A stretch of 63,124 nucleotides of DNA, counting the filler, from Reclinomonas americana ATCC 50394 (Eukaryota), in assembly GCA_048213135.1 (NCBI GenBank). It is 22 parts of 22 records of this genome, joined end to end, with 100 filler letters (N's around TTAATTAATTAA, not from the genome) between each part and the next. Parts side by side here need not be neighbours in the genome. Positions count along the whole stretch, not along the records: positions 47,406 to 53,245 come from AFZH01022610.1; positions 53,346 to 59,995 come from AFZH01022611.1; positions 60,096 to 61,696 come from AFZH01022613.1; 19 more parts are not named here. One strand, 5' to 3'. The notes under the pieces are model-generated. The model was not told the DNA's origin. It searched no databases and was given only the letters and a program-made list of their open reading frames with translations. Below are positions 50,158 through 61,796 of the stretch, one piece after another (the first letter of the stretch is position 1; every line of letters starts with the position of its first letter). The position numbers were made by a program, and so were the translations under genes.

Positions 50158-51051
50158 TTACTTTTTCCCGAATTCGAGCCAGTCGGCGACCACCACGCGT
50201 GCCCAGTCGGTGGCTCGCAATCGCAAGGATCGCGACAAGAGTCCGGCGTTGAAGGCAATCACATCGCGCTCGTCTGCCGACGATGCCGCCTCTCCCCCTG
50301 CAGCTGCGGGCACTAACCGCGGATCGCACACCATTCGCAGACCCATCAGGTGGCCAAACGGTGGCAAACTTCCTGCGCGAGACTGAGTGAGTGGCAGACA
50401 GGGATCGACAGCAATGCAGTCGACGTGGCGAACCCTTGACACATCTGCCAGTTACGAAGAAACGAGTCAGAGTGCAAGTTCACGACAGCAACAGCGGCAG
50501 CAGCGGCGAGACAACGCAACCCAGTGTGTGTCAGCAGCTCCTCTGGCGTGCTGCAGACGCAGTGAGCAACAGAAACAACAACAAATTTAAAAGGAACAAC
50601 CATAGATCGCCCACCAGAAGCGCAAGTCGCCGCCGAGATTGAGCTCCTTCTTGAGCTTCTTGGAGTCGACCTTCATGTCGGCCGGCAGCACCAACAACAG
50701 TGGCTCATTCGTCTTGCCGACCCACATCAGAATCGCCTTGGCACCTACATGGCATGCATGCATGCATGCATCAACATGATCGTCATCAATCACATCAGTG
50801 ACGCACAGAGCAACACCCACCGACGCTCAGCGACTCGCCGCGGAAAGCTGCACTCTCCTCACTGGTGCGACTGTGCGGCGCGCCACTGGTCAAGTGCACG
50901 AGGATGAGCGATCATGAGTGATGGCAGAACAACGCAACGCCGGTGCATGATCGATGCGCTCGAACGCGACACCTTGCTCCGTGAGAAACGACACAATGCG
51001 CTCGTACAAGTCGGCATTGCCGTCGTAGTGTGCCTCCTCGACCTCGGCCAT
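50158..51051 (-). CDS. YbaK/ProXp-family trans-editing aminoacyl-tRNA deacylase (YeaK/ProXp-y-like)
   Basis: HAPARTSEESAAFRG..GAKAIL, VLPAD, TGCVKGSLPPFG (uses an 11-nt exon, 50434-50444), IAFNAG...S. Confidence 0.82.
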
Positions 51052-51114
51052 ATCTCGGAACGAAGTTGTTAGCACGTGGGACACCACTCCCGCCCGCCGC
51101 TCAAATCGCGAAAC

Positions 51115-52044
51115 ATGACAACGACGCGCAGTGCAGACGACGACGTTGTGTTGCTCAAGTCGACTGCGTCGCCGGTGATCGCTGAGCAGGCGGCGTCGAC
51201 ACTGAGCAGTGAGGCAGCACTCGCACCGAGCATCAAGTCGTCGCTGTGGGGATTCGCCGTGTTGGGTTTCGTGACGGCGTTCTTGGTCTTGTCGACATCG
51301 ATGCATGTGCGGAGTGATGTGCCGCTGGCGTGGCATCACACGTTGCTACCGGCGGATGTACTGAACGCGCAGTTGACGGACTCGGGTGAGTGAGACAGTG
51401 ATGCATGCACGAATGCATGCATGCGGTCTCTGACGAGACACACGTGCAATGCATGCAGAGTTTTTTGCCATGTTTAGCAATCGCACGCTGCCGTTTGAGC
51501 AGTGGACCCATCGAGCGCATCTGCGAATGGCTTCGATTGTGCTTCGCGAGCAGAGCAGGTGGGGCGCCGGTGCGATCGCTCTCGCTGTTGTGTTTTTTTC
51601 TCAGTCGTATGTCCGCAGTCATGATCATGGTGTGGAGGAGCGATCACTGGATCGCATTCGCCGCGGCATTCAGCACTACAACGAGTTCAACAAGCACCGG
51701 TTGACGATCGGCTATCACGAGACCATTACGCAGTTCTACGCACGGATGGTCCACGAGGCCATGGTGGCCACGGCGCGTCGGGATCACTTGCCGATGCAGG
51801 TGAGTGTGTTCGCAATCTTCCCTGCTTCTTGGATCAACTTAACATGAGAATGCAGGCCATTCGCATCGACCGTGTGCTGCAGTCGTACCCGGTGCTCCTG
51901 TCCAACGCACTGTTCCTGCACTTTTACACTCGCGAGCGTCTGTTCAGTGCCGAGGCGCGCGCCACCTACGTGGAACCCGATCTGCAACCACTCAGTCTAG
52001 CCGCTGCGGTGGTCGCCGCTGCTGCATCCGCAACCACCCAATGA
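51115..52044 (+). CDS. Single-TM protein with an uncharacterised HxxHLR / YHETIT domain
   Basis: TM segment LWGFAVLGFVTAFLVL. TLPFEQWTHRAHLR, IRRGIQHYN, YHETITQFY, ARATYVEPDLQPL. Four exons. Confidence 0.7.
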
Positions 52045-52231
52045 AATCACGAATGGCGGCGACGGAGAGAACGTAAAAGAAGTGAATAAGTCGGTGTCAT
52101 TTTTCCCCCCCATCACATACACACAAAACACACACACACACAAAGAGAGACATTGAGACCGTTTGGCCAGCTGAAACATATCAACAAGAACAACAACAAC
52201 AACAACAACAAGAAGAAGACACATGGATCGA

Positions 52232-53174
52232 TTAGTGTGCCCGTGACCCTCGATCCCGCTCCTTCTGCTTGTCGGCATTGATCTTGAGCTTGATTTGCTC
52301 CCAGTTGATGTCGCCCACCTCCTCGGCCAGCTTCAGGAAACGAGCATTCGATTCGTGGCGATGTGTCGAGAGAAGATGCCGCTGTCGGTACGCCAACACG
52401 GTGTCGGTGTGCACGCGGTACTTGACAGCGAGGTCCAGGGCACTGTTAAACGAAAGCGAGTGAGCCACTGAGGCAGAGAAGAGAGGAGGAGCAGAATAAC
52501 GAACCGATCCCACTGGAACATACGGATGCGCATCTTGACGGCCCTGTACGTGAGGCCGGCCTGCACGAGCAACTGCTCGGCCTCGTCCACTCGTCGACGG
52601 TACATCAGCAACTCGGCATTGCGGCCCTCGGCCGACGGAATGTCCTTGACCTTGAGAATGAATTGCAACTTGTCGACCTCCTCAATGGCGGCCAGCGCCA
52701 CCTCGGCCGTGTTCAGGTCGACTGCCTCCAGTGCCATGGCGGCCAAACACGCCCACAGTGTGTTATCCTTGACGAAGCGGCACAAGCGGATTGAGTTCTC
52801 CCACTCGTTGCGCTCCACATACTTGTAGAGCATCAAGGGGTACGGTGAGACACCGGCGGCCATCATGGCGCCATCCGCTCGCCGAATCATGCACCGGGAG
52901 CCCACAAAGCTCAAAAGAGTTGCGTTCTTGCCAAATTCGCTGCGACGCGCGAAGGGCGAGACAAAGAGTGCGTGAGTTGCTGGGGGGGCAAGTCATGTGC
53001 TCTTGACAAAAAGCGCTCACCTGGCGTCCTTGGCGAAACGCGTCTGCAACAGCAAATCCTTGTCAATGTTGATGACTTGCGGGTAGTACCACGTGACCAG
53101 CTTGCCGTCGGCCAGAGCCACCAGCATGTCCGTCTGATCGTTCCACCTCACCGAATCCACCTGCACGTGCCGTG

Positions 53175-53230
<56 letters not shown>

Positions 53231-55635
53231 GACAACAGTGGTCGGNNNNNNNNNNNNNNNNNNNNNNNNNNNNNNNNNNNNNNNNNNNNTTAATTAATTA
53301 ANNNNNNNNNNNNNNNNNNNNNNNNNNNNNNNNNNNNNNNNNNNNGAGAGAGAGAGAGAGAGAGAGAGAGAACGAGTGGAACGCAACCATGGTGGCCAGC
53401 TTGATGACGCGCACGTCCTCCACGCTGGTCAGGTACAGATCGCGATTTGAATCAATAAACACCACCTTGCGGCTGTTGAGCGAGCCGTGATAGTCCAACG
53501 CCACCTCCACCACCTCGTTGGTGTGCGTGATGGTGCCGCCATTGGTGCCACCGAGTGGCTTGCCTGTCACCGAACTGAGGATGCGCACCGTGCGTGGCTC
53601 GGCGCGATCAATGATGGCGACCGCGTCGTTCGACAGCGACATGGATTGGGCGTTGAGAAAGTCGGGTCGCAGACCCGAAAAGCCCACCTTGCACACTGGT
53701 CGCATGTCGTACGAGAAGATCTGCACGCCGGTGATGTTGTCGACAATCAGGAATTTTCTGCAACACGAGCAACAACAAGCAAGTCAGGCACTCTCAACCA
53801 GCCAGCACCACAACATGCACAGTCGGCCCACACACCTCTCTGCTTGAAGCAACAGCGTCACCGAGTCCTTCACGTCGAGAATGTGCGGCGTGTGCCAATT
53901 GTCGGAGCTGTAGACGAGCACTTGGGTGCTGGTGGCCACCACCAGGTACCCAAAGTCGAACGAGATCTTGATGATGCGATCGCGGAACTCCAAGTCCTCG
54001 ACCAACTCATTCAGCACATCTTGCACAAAGAGTTTGTTGGAATCCTGCAGGGTGACCACATAGTTCTTCCACTCCAGCCGTCGATCCACCACCTGCGCAA
54101 ACACCACCTGGCCACCGCCGCCGCCGCCCGCCAGCATTGTGGAGTCGGGAGTCCAGCTCAGATCAAATATCGAGCCCGCCTCGACACTCTCACGTGAGCA
54201 CGACCACTGCAGGAGTGCCGGCGAGTGAGCGAAGGGGTGCGGAGGGAGGGAGAGAGAGACACACACACTCGTGTGTGGAATGACGAACCCCGGCCTTGTC
54301 GCACAGACGAATGAGGTTGAAGGCACCGACGGCAAACAGCTCGCCGTCGGGCGACCACTTGACCGAAGTGATGGCGTACTCGAACGGTGCGCTGGAGAAC
54401 AGTGGCCGTCCATACGAGTCCCACACCTGATAGGTCGAGTGAGTGGGAGGCGAGGAGAAGAGGTGTGGTGGCGTGCGTCGAAAAATCACCTTGTAGCGAC
54501 CGTCTTCGCCGGCAGAGACAATGCGGTTGTTCACAATGTTCCAGTCGACGCGCAGAATGGTGGCATCATGGGCCTTCCACTGCAGGTGCTTGGACGACGG
54601 CTGCTGCGGCTTGATGATCAGGTCCTTGCCCGACGTGTACAGCACGTGGTCGCTGTCGGGTGCCCACGCAATGCTGTACACACAGAGACCTGGCATGGTG
54701 AAAGAGATGGGGCAGTCAGCACTTGCAGAGAGAGAGGGGAGGGAGGGAAAGGAAGAAGTCGACGACAACGACTCACCGGCCGAAGACAAGGTCGAGCGTG
54801 GCGCACCGCTCCGCGACCACACCTTGATGCTGCCGTCTTCGCCGGCCGTCACCAAGGCGGTGCCTTCGTAGTTCCACTTGAGCGCTGTGACAGCACCACG
54901 ATGCGCGCCGTCCACCACTTTTTCCACACGCCCCGAGCGCGACATCAAACAAAAGGCGCCTGGAACGGACAAGTCCCACCACTTAGTCAGGCTCGTGCAT
55001 GTGTGAGCGAGAGAGGTGAAACGAACCGTCTGCACACGACACTGCGAATGCGTCTGGATTGCCGCCTTGCTTGCGCGACACTGCCGGATACCAGTCCAGC
55101 GCCGTCACATGGCGGTCAAAGTCGCACACTTTCTGCTCACCAGCAACCACACCCCCATTCAGGTGCATGCGTGTGTGTGTCACTTGTCACCAGCGACCGG
55201 ACACATTACCTGCACGTTCTCTCCATTCTTGCTCCACACGTAGATCGCTTGGTCGTCGCCACATGTGAGCAGCTCACCGGCAACCGACCAGCCCACTGAC
55301 GTTACCACATCGCGGTCTGTGAAGGAAGGCAGCGAGTGAGCAAGTGCGCGCGCGAATGAAGTCAACCGCCTGATCACAAAGGGCCAATGAAGAACGACAC
55401 ACACGCACACACACGCACACAAGCAGGAACACGAACTTCCAGGCACAGACACGAGCGAGGAGGCACAAGCGGATGCACGGGAGAGCAAGAAACAACTGCC
55501 ACGCACACAAACGCTCTTCCTCTCACATTCACGCGCGCGCACAGACACACAGAGGAGCACAGACATATAGGGAGTGAGTGCCACACACACACAAACGCAA
55601 CGTTGTGTCTCAGTGGCGAGCACCTGCAAGCGCAT
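52232..55635 (-). CDS. IFT80: Intraflagellar transport protein 80 (one gap)
   Basis: [83 protein letters not shown]. Confidence 0.96.
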
Positions 55636-55725
55636 TTTGTTGACAGAGCGAGAGAAAACGTTACACGGGACAGTCGCCGCCATGAGTCACGCAATTCGGT
55701 TTTCTCTGCTTTTGTGCGAGAGAAG

Positions 55726-57070
55726 ATGGGGGACCCATTGCTCATCGGTATGCCTCGCCTGACGCCACGCCAGCGGACAGACTCCAACACGGCGATTGTC
55801 GGGCCACGCGACTCCACCGAGGGTGTGCGTCTGCCGCCCACGCAACTCCACGTGCACAACAGTCAACAAGCAGCCGCGGTTGTTGTTGATCGTGAATCGC
55901 GCTCCACCGTTTTGCCTCCGCTGGCGTTGTGCAACAACAACTATACCAACCCAGCGGCGGCAGCGGTGTTTGCGCACATGAAGAAGGACTCGGCGCGATC
56001 GGCGTCACGCGATCCACCATCGGCGGTGCGGAGTGTGCGGACTTCTGGGTTTCAATTGGCAGCCATGCGCGCTTCGGCACGCGTTGAAGTAATCGATATG
56101 GTACGATTGATTACTCGTCCTCCTCCTCCTCACCCTCTTCCTCCTCCTGTTTTCATTTTATTGACACTGACTACAAAAGAACATGCAGTTGCCACTGGCA
56201 CAGCCAATGGGCCCGGCGCACCCGCTTGCACAATTGCTGTCGTCGCTGGCCAGTATGTCCGATAATCAGCGGGCGTCGGATATGCACCGGGCGGCAGCGA
56301 CCTTTATGCAGGTGCACTGTGGTACGGAGCGACGGCATGTCAGCGACATTAGCGAGGCGGCGCAGCGGGCGGCGGTGGTCGAGGAGGCGCGGCGAGTGTT
56401 GCCGTTGCCGTTGATCGGGGCGAGCGGAAGTCACAAGTGCATTTCGGTTGCGCAGTTTCCGTTCTCGAAACGCACCGTGTTGACTGCGGCGACGGCAGCG
56501 GCCATGGCCGCCACCGGTACCACCACTGCAGGTGTCGTGCCCACAGAGGCGGAGACGGAGGTGGTGCGCGACTCAATGGACAGTGCCGCCGCCGACGGCG
56601 AAGGCGACACAACGGCCGCCGTCGACGAAAACTACGCCGCCGACGGAACACTAGTACCGTCGCCGTGGCTCAGCGTGCAAGTGAAGCAGGTTCATGATCG
56701 GGCCCACGCCAGTCGATGTCCCGACGTGGCCGTGTTGCACCGAGTGGCGCAATGGCGTGCCGCCGTCAGCACACCACCGGCACCCGGATCGGATCCGGAG
56801 GTGTGCGTCTCCGACGCCGACAATGGCGACAACGCCGGCGAAGGCGATGCTGGTGAGGCGATAACGCCGACGCCGGGCACACCACCACTCGTACTTGTAC
56901 AACCACCACCACCACCACCACCGCTGCCCGCCACCAGTGATTCCGCGACGCTTCCGAATCCGCGGACTCACATGCAAATGTGCCGTCGACCCGTGTCAAA
57001 CAGTGCTGTCAATGCCGACAATGTCGGCGTAGAATCCAATCGTGGTCGGCCACCACTGGGTCCGTCATGA
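55726..57070 (+). CDS. Hypothetical protein, 2 exons (intron ~56101-56188)
   Basis: Two long coding-like ORFs joined in frame by GT..AG. No family recognised. Confidence 0.55.
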
Positions 57071-57572
57071 GTGTGATAATTGATGATTAGGGGTAATGGG
57101 GCTTGGTGTTAAATAATGAGCTCGCAGCGAGTGGTGGTCTACGTAGTGTTGATCTGCCTGAGTACACGTGCAATAATAATGTATACTTCGTGTTGAGTGT
57201 GTTGTTTACAAGTGCACATCGGATCCGGAGCGAGTCGGGATTCTTTCGTGGAATTCGAACTGCCGACGGTGCCAACAACAGCGACAAGAATTGCGAACGG
57301 ATCCGGAAGATGTGTCCGTGTGGACGGAAGAACCGCTCTGCTGCTACAAAAGCACTCACCCGACCCTTTTTGTGTATCAACTTGTCTTTTCGTGAGCCAG
57401 TACAACCTCCCTTCGGTATGTGCGCTCTTCTTGCACCACACAACACGCTTGGCGAGCACACACCACCACCACCTACACCTTTCCTTGTGTATTGCTGCGT
57501 GCCCTCAACATGTTGAGTGTGTGTGTGCGCGTGTGTGTGTGTGTTGCGTTGTGTGTGTGCCTGTAGATCACC

Positions 57573-57974
57573 ATGTCGTCTCAACGCTCCTCGAACATCG
57601 GTTCCGGCCAGCAGCAGCAGCAGCAGGAGAACCAGCAGCAGAGTGGACAGCAGCGCCAGTCGGGTCAGCCGCATGAGCAGAGTCTCAGTAGCAAGGGATC
57701 GAGCCAGTCCCAGCAGCGCCATCCCCAGGCCGGAGGAGCCTCGTTCGAGTCGGCCGCCGGACCCGGATCCGACCAGCGTGGATCATCGGGCGTGCAGAGC
57801 GCCGGCGAACAGAACCGCGGACAGAAGCAGTCTGACCTTTCGACCAAGCACCAGGCCGGTGGCGTCTCGCAGCAGCAGCAGCAGCAGCAGCAGGGCCGCC
57901 AGCAAGTCGGAGGTGGAGGGCAGCAGGAGGGAGGGCAGCGCCGAGAGGGAATGGGTGGACGCGGAAATCAGTAG
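57573..57974 (+). CDS. Small Gln/Gly/Ser-rich hydrophilin-like disordered protein (133 aa)
   Basis: Clean ORF in accATG context, almost no hydrophobic residues, no Cys or Trp. Confidence 0.7.
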   Translation: MSSQRSSNIGSGQQQQQQENQQQSGQQRQSGQPHEQSLSSKGSSQSQQRHPQAGGASFESAAGPGSDQRGSSGVQSAGEQNRGQKQSDLSTKHQAGGVSQQQQQQQQGRQQVGGGGQQEGGQRREGMGGRGNQ

Positions 57975-58265
57975 CGAGTGCGGAAGCACAAGCGACGCGG
58001 ACATCAACAACGACCAGTGGCGTTGAGCTGCTTCCCCTCGTCAGAGAGGAGGAAAAGGCAACAATGAACGAGTCGTGAATGTTTTGCCAACCATTGCAAT
58101 TAGACAACTGAGCTTGAGGGAGATCCTCAATTTATCGATTCCTTTCACAACCAGTTTATATCATCGAGCAACGAGAGAGGTATGGCGTTCGCGTTGCAGT
58201 GAGATTGGATGCCGGTGGTGGTGGTGTAGTGTTGGCGAATGTTGATGAGGATTGTGGCTTGGCAG

Positions 58266-58736
58266 ATGTCTTCCCACCGCATGAGCGCCAGAGCCTCGGC
58301 GCAGGCGCGGCGCGAGACAGGCGACCTGGATCGACAGCATATCGAGGCGCAGCAGGAGCAGCAACACGCCCGCACGCCCCACGAGCAGAGTGAGGGCAAG
58401 GCGCAGGATCGCCTGCTGGGAGCGGATCTGCAGGAGGAGCGCGTGCAGTTTGACGCCGGCCAGCGCATGCAGTCGGGCCAGAAACGCGGCAAGTTCACCG
58501 AGCGCCAGCATGCGAGCAAGTGGCAGCAGGGCGCCGAGCAAGGGAAGGGCTTGTGGCCTGGCACTGTCACGGAGCACCAGCAGGGCGTGGGCCAAGATAC
58601 ATCCTCACGCGGATTGGTGGAGAGCGAAGTTCGGCACGCCGGTCTCGGCGAGCGGCCGGGACAGCCGGAGGGGCACACCGAGCGCGAGCGCCAGCAAGTA
58701 CTTGGAGGCGACGAGCAGAACACGGGAGGCCAGTGA
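58266..58736 (+). CDS. Small Gln/Glu/Gly/Arg-rich hydrophilin-like protein (~156 aa)
   Basis: MSSHRMSARASAQARRE...GGDEQNTGGQ*, highly hydrophilic. Confidence 0.65.
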   Translation: MSSHRMSARASAQARRETGDLDRQHIEAQQEQQHARTPHEQSEGKAQDRLLGADLQEERVQFDAGQRMQSGQKRGKFTERQHASKWQQGAEQGKGLWPGTVTEHQQGVGQDTSSRGLVESEVRHAGLGERPGQPEGHTERERQQVLGGDEQNTGGQ

Positions 58737-59405
58737 TGGAGATCTAGAAGAAGAATCGCCGAAGAGATCTAGAAGAAGAATCGCGAGAGAGAAAATGAAG
58801 ACAACACTGGTCAGAGCTACACACTTGGTTTCATCAGTCGGTGACGCGGTGGATGGTTGGGTGATAGGTGCTCTCTATAGTGGGCGCACTGGCGCATGTG
58901 TGGCCACTGCATCTCTTCCAAGAGGTTGCAATTGATATTGTCAGTGACCAATCAAAAAATATTCTTCCCCACCAAGTTCGCACAATGACATTGGAGCAGA
59001 TTGTGTCCTCCTACATGTGGTGCTAGCACTTTGTGCGCTGCAGCGCAAGGCTTCTTTGAGCGACGACGACACCAGTGTGGCCGAGTCTGTTCGTCGAACG
59101 CTCAGCAAAGACTGATCACGAGTGAAACCGCCTTGCATGCGTGCAATATACAGCTGCTTTGAACAGCAGATTTCGGTGACACTGCAGCTCTCTTCATTTT
59201 TCCGCCCACCTACCCCAAGCAATGACGGCTCGGGCAGCAAGTGTGGGCTGCATTCCCTCATTCTTCTTCTCTCTAATCATCCCCTCTAGCCCTCCTCTAC
59301 AATGGGAGCTCCTGGCACGGGGTTGGACGGCGACGTCACAGTCCGACGCGGTGGCGGTGGTCGGTTCGGCCGCCGGTGCCAGAGGCCGACTCCGCTCTGA
59401 AGCGT

Positions 59406-59995
59406 TCAGGTGCGGCGGCCGATGTCGCCGCTCACATCGCTGGAGCGCTGTTGGCCGCTGCTGATGTCACTCGAGCGCTGCTGGCCCTGCTGCTGCTGGC
59501 CACTGCTGATGTCGCTGCTCACGCCCTTGCTGAATTGTCCTGATTCGCCCGACAGTCCGGTCTGGCCCGACTGCCAGCCCTGCTGGCCACTCTGGACGCT
59601 CTGGCCGCTCTGGCCGCTCTGGCCAAATGTGCTTCCAGTCTGGCCAGACTGTCCGAGTCCCTGCTGACCCTTCTGGCCAGTCTGGTCAAAGGTGCTGCCG
59701 GTCTGCTGGCCCGACTGTCCAAGTCCCTGCTGCTGCTTCTGTTGACGCCGGCGGGATGCACTAACTGGTGAGCGCACGGCTACGTGTGATTGTGATGGGC
59801 CGCAAGCACGGCACTAAACACTCACCGATCCAATGTCACCCTGCTTGCCCTGCTGGCCCAATCCCGACTGGGCCTGTGTGAGGGGCATATTTTGCGTTAG
59901 CACCACAGCCAAAAAGGAATAAATACGCGCAGGAGACGGGCACTACTCACTCCCGAACGCTGGCTCTCCGACTGCTGCTGCTGGTGCAAACATAT
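59406..59995 (-). CDS. GQSGQ-repeat hydrophilin-like protein (at least 3 exons, 5' in gap)
   Basis: Exons QQQSESQRSG | AQSGLGQQGKQGDIGS | KQQQGLGQSGQQTGSTF...SSDISSGQQ repeats, with GTGAGT donors. Confidence 0.7.
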
Positions 59996-60124
59996 NNNNN
60001 NNNNNNNNNNNNNNNNNNNNNNNNNNNNNNNNNNNNNNNTTAATTAATTAANNNNNNNNNNNNNNNNNNNNNNNNNNNNNNNNNNNNNNNNNNNNTCGTC
60101 GTCGTCGTCGCGTCGTGTGTCGTG

Positions 60125-60127
<3 letters not shown>

Positions 60128-60217
<90 letters not shown>
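60128..60217. repeat. (GT)n microsatellite, ~45 units
   Basis: Direct reading. Confidence 0.95.
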
Positions 60218-60219
<2 letters not shown>

Positions 60220-60296
60220 CGCATGGTGGAATCTTTGCATCTGCTCCGTCGTTTGTTGTCCAGACGACATCCACTGTCAACGAGAGAGAATATACA

Positions 60297-60689
60297 ATGC
60301 AACGCCGTTACCACGACTCGCAGCATAGCCAGGCACCAGGCGAGCAGCAGACCGCCTTCACCTCAGGCCAGCAACGACAAAAGGCGGACCACAATCAGTG
60401 GGATCAGCGTGCGTTTGCTCACGACAAGTCGGCTGTTCGCACTCACGAGCAGCAGGAGAACCCGCCCTCGATCCTCTCGGCCGGCCGCCTGCATCATCAC
60501 CTGGAAGCCAAGCCCCACAACGCTGCCGATCCGCACGCTTCGCGCCAGCATCGCCTGCTCGCCGAGCAGGAGGCAACGCAAGAACAGGGAGGGCGAGATG
60601 TCGGCAGTGGTGGTGGTGACGAGCAAGTGGTCGGTGAGGAACAGTCGACCGCGCGCGACTCGACTACGGAGGACTCTAGCGATGTGTGA
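60297..60689 (+). CDS. Small Gln/His/Glu-rich hydrophilin-like protein (130 aa)
   Basis: MQRRYHDSQHSQAPGEQQ...DSSDV*, hydrophilic single ORF. Confidence 0.65.
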   Translation: MQRRYHDSQHSQAPGEQQTAFTSGQQRQKADHNQWDQRAFAHDKSAVRTHEQQENPPSILSAGRLHHHLEAKPHNAADPHASRQHRLLAEQEATQEQGGRDVGSGGGDEQVVGEEQSTARDSTTEDSSDV

Positions 60690-61169
60690 TGATGTCAGGT
60701 GCAAGCGACAGCAGTGCAGCAGTGAAGAGAAGGGATACTGAATAGCGAGTGAAAACTGGATGATTCTCTGCTTGTATGGTGGTCGTGCAGGTGATTCCAT
60801 GTGGCCACAAGACTCAGCTGACAAGCATGCAACACAGAACAGAGATGTGCTGCGGTTAGTGGATGCACGTATGATGGCATCTTTGCTTGCAGTGTCAAGG
60901 TCATTGCCGGGAAAGGATCTGTACATGTGGACGTTTTGTCGAGTATTTGCAATGTGGTGGTGAATGAAGTGTTTTTGATTGTGCTTGCGCTGCGCATGCA
61001 TATGCTACGCGTGGATGCACCGCCGCAAGAGCCAACAACGCTCAAGGATATATTCCCCTGGCCATTCAAAGTGAATGATTCTTTCGAGCTCTCTCGTCGT
61101 TGTTGTCGTGGGTGCTGTCGAGACAACTTCAGCACTCACACACACAAAAACTGTTGCGCAAGAGAGAAG

Positions 61170-61520
61170 ATGAAGAAGAAGAGCACCCGCCAACACCGCG
61201 TCGGCATGTCGATCAGTGAGCAGATTCGACAGCTGCGACGGGAGACTGGTGGCGTACTGAAAGACGCCAGCGACGTGCCCAACAACTCGGTTCTGCAGCC
61301 ACCGACGTTTGTGGAGGATCTGACCGCCACTCCGGTGACCGGGCTGCCCCAGTTCAGCACCGGCAAGAAGAAGCAGGGTCGAAAGCAGGGCCAGCAGCAG
61401 ACGGAGACGCAGGCGAAGGCTGGCACCGAGCGCACGACAAAACCGCAGCCGACGTCCACTGGTGGCGGCGACAACAATCCATCAGTGCAACGGCGTTCCA
61501 CCACCACAGCCAGCACGTAG
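61170..61520 (+). CDS. Small basic Thr/Gln-rich disordered protein (~116 aa)
   Basis: MKKKSTRQHRVG...RRSTTTAST*. Confidence 0.55.
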   Translation: MKKKSTRQHRVGMSISEQIRQLRRETGGVLKDASDVPNNSVLQPPTFVEDLTATPVTGLPQFSTGKKKQGRKQGQQQTETQAKAGTERTTKPQPTSTGGGDNNPSVQRRSTTTAST

Positions 61521-61796
61521 TCCTGCGGCGCACTTGCTGCACTGCAAAGCAAGGAGAGAAAGAGAAAGAGACATCCAATGAATGTTGTTGTTGGTGAATT
61601 CGATTGACATTCACCTGTACCCAAAGTTCCGATTTGTTTGTGCAATACAGAGAGCGCGACAATGTCTCACCAAGGCAGCGATTCGCAGAAGAAGCANNNN
61701 NNNNNNNNNNNNNNNNNNNNNNNNNNNNNNNNNNNNNNNNTTAATTAATTAANNNNNNNNNNNNNNNNNNNNNNNNNNNNNNNNNNNNNNNNNNNN

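Noticed and set aside
5406..61796. Recurring TTAATTAATTAA palindrome as a biological motif (PacI site, piggyBac TTAA target)
   Set aside because: It is always centred in an identical 100-nt N block, so it is a scaffolding linker.
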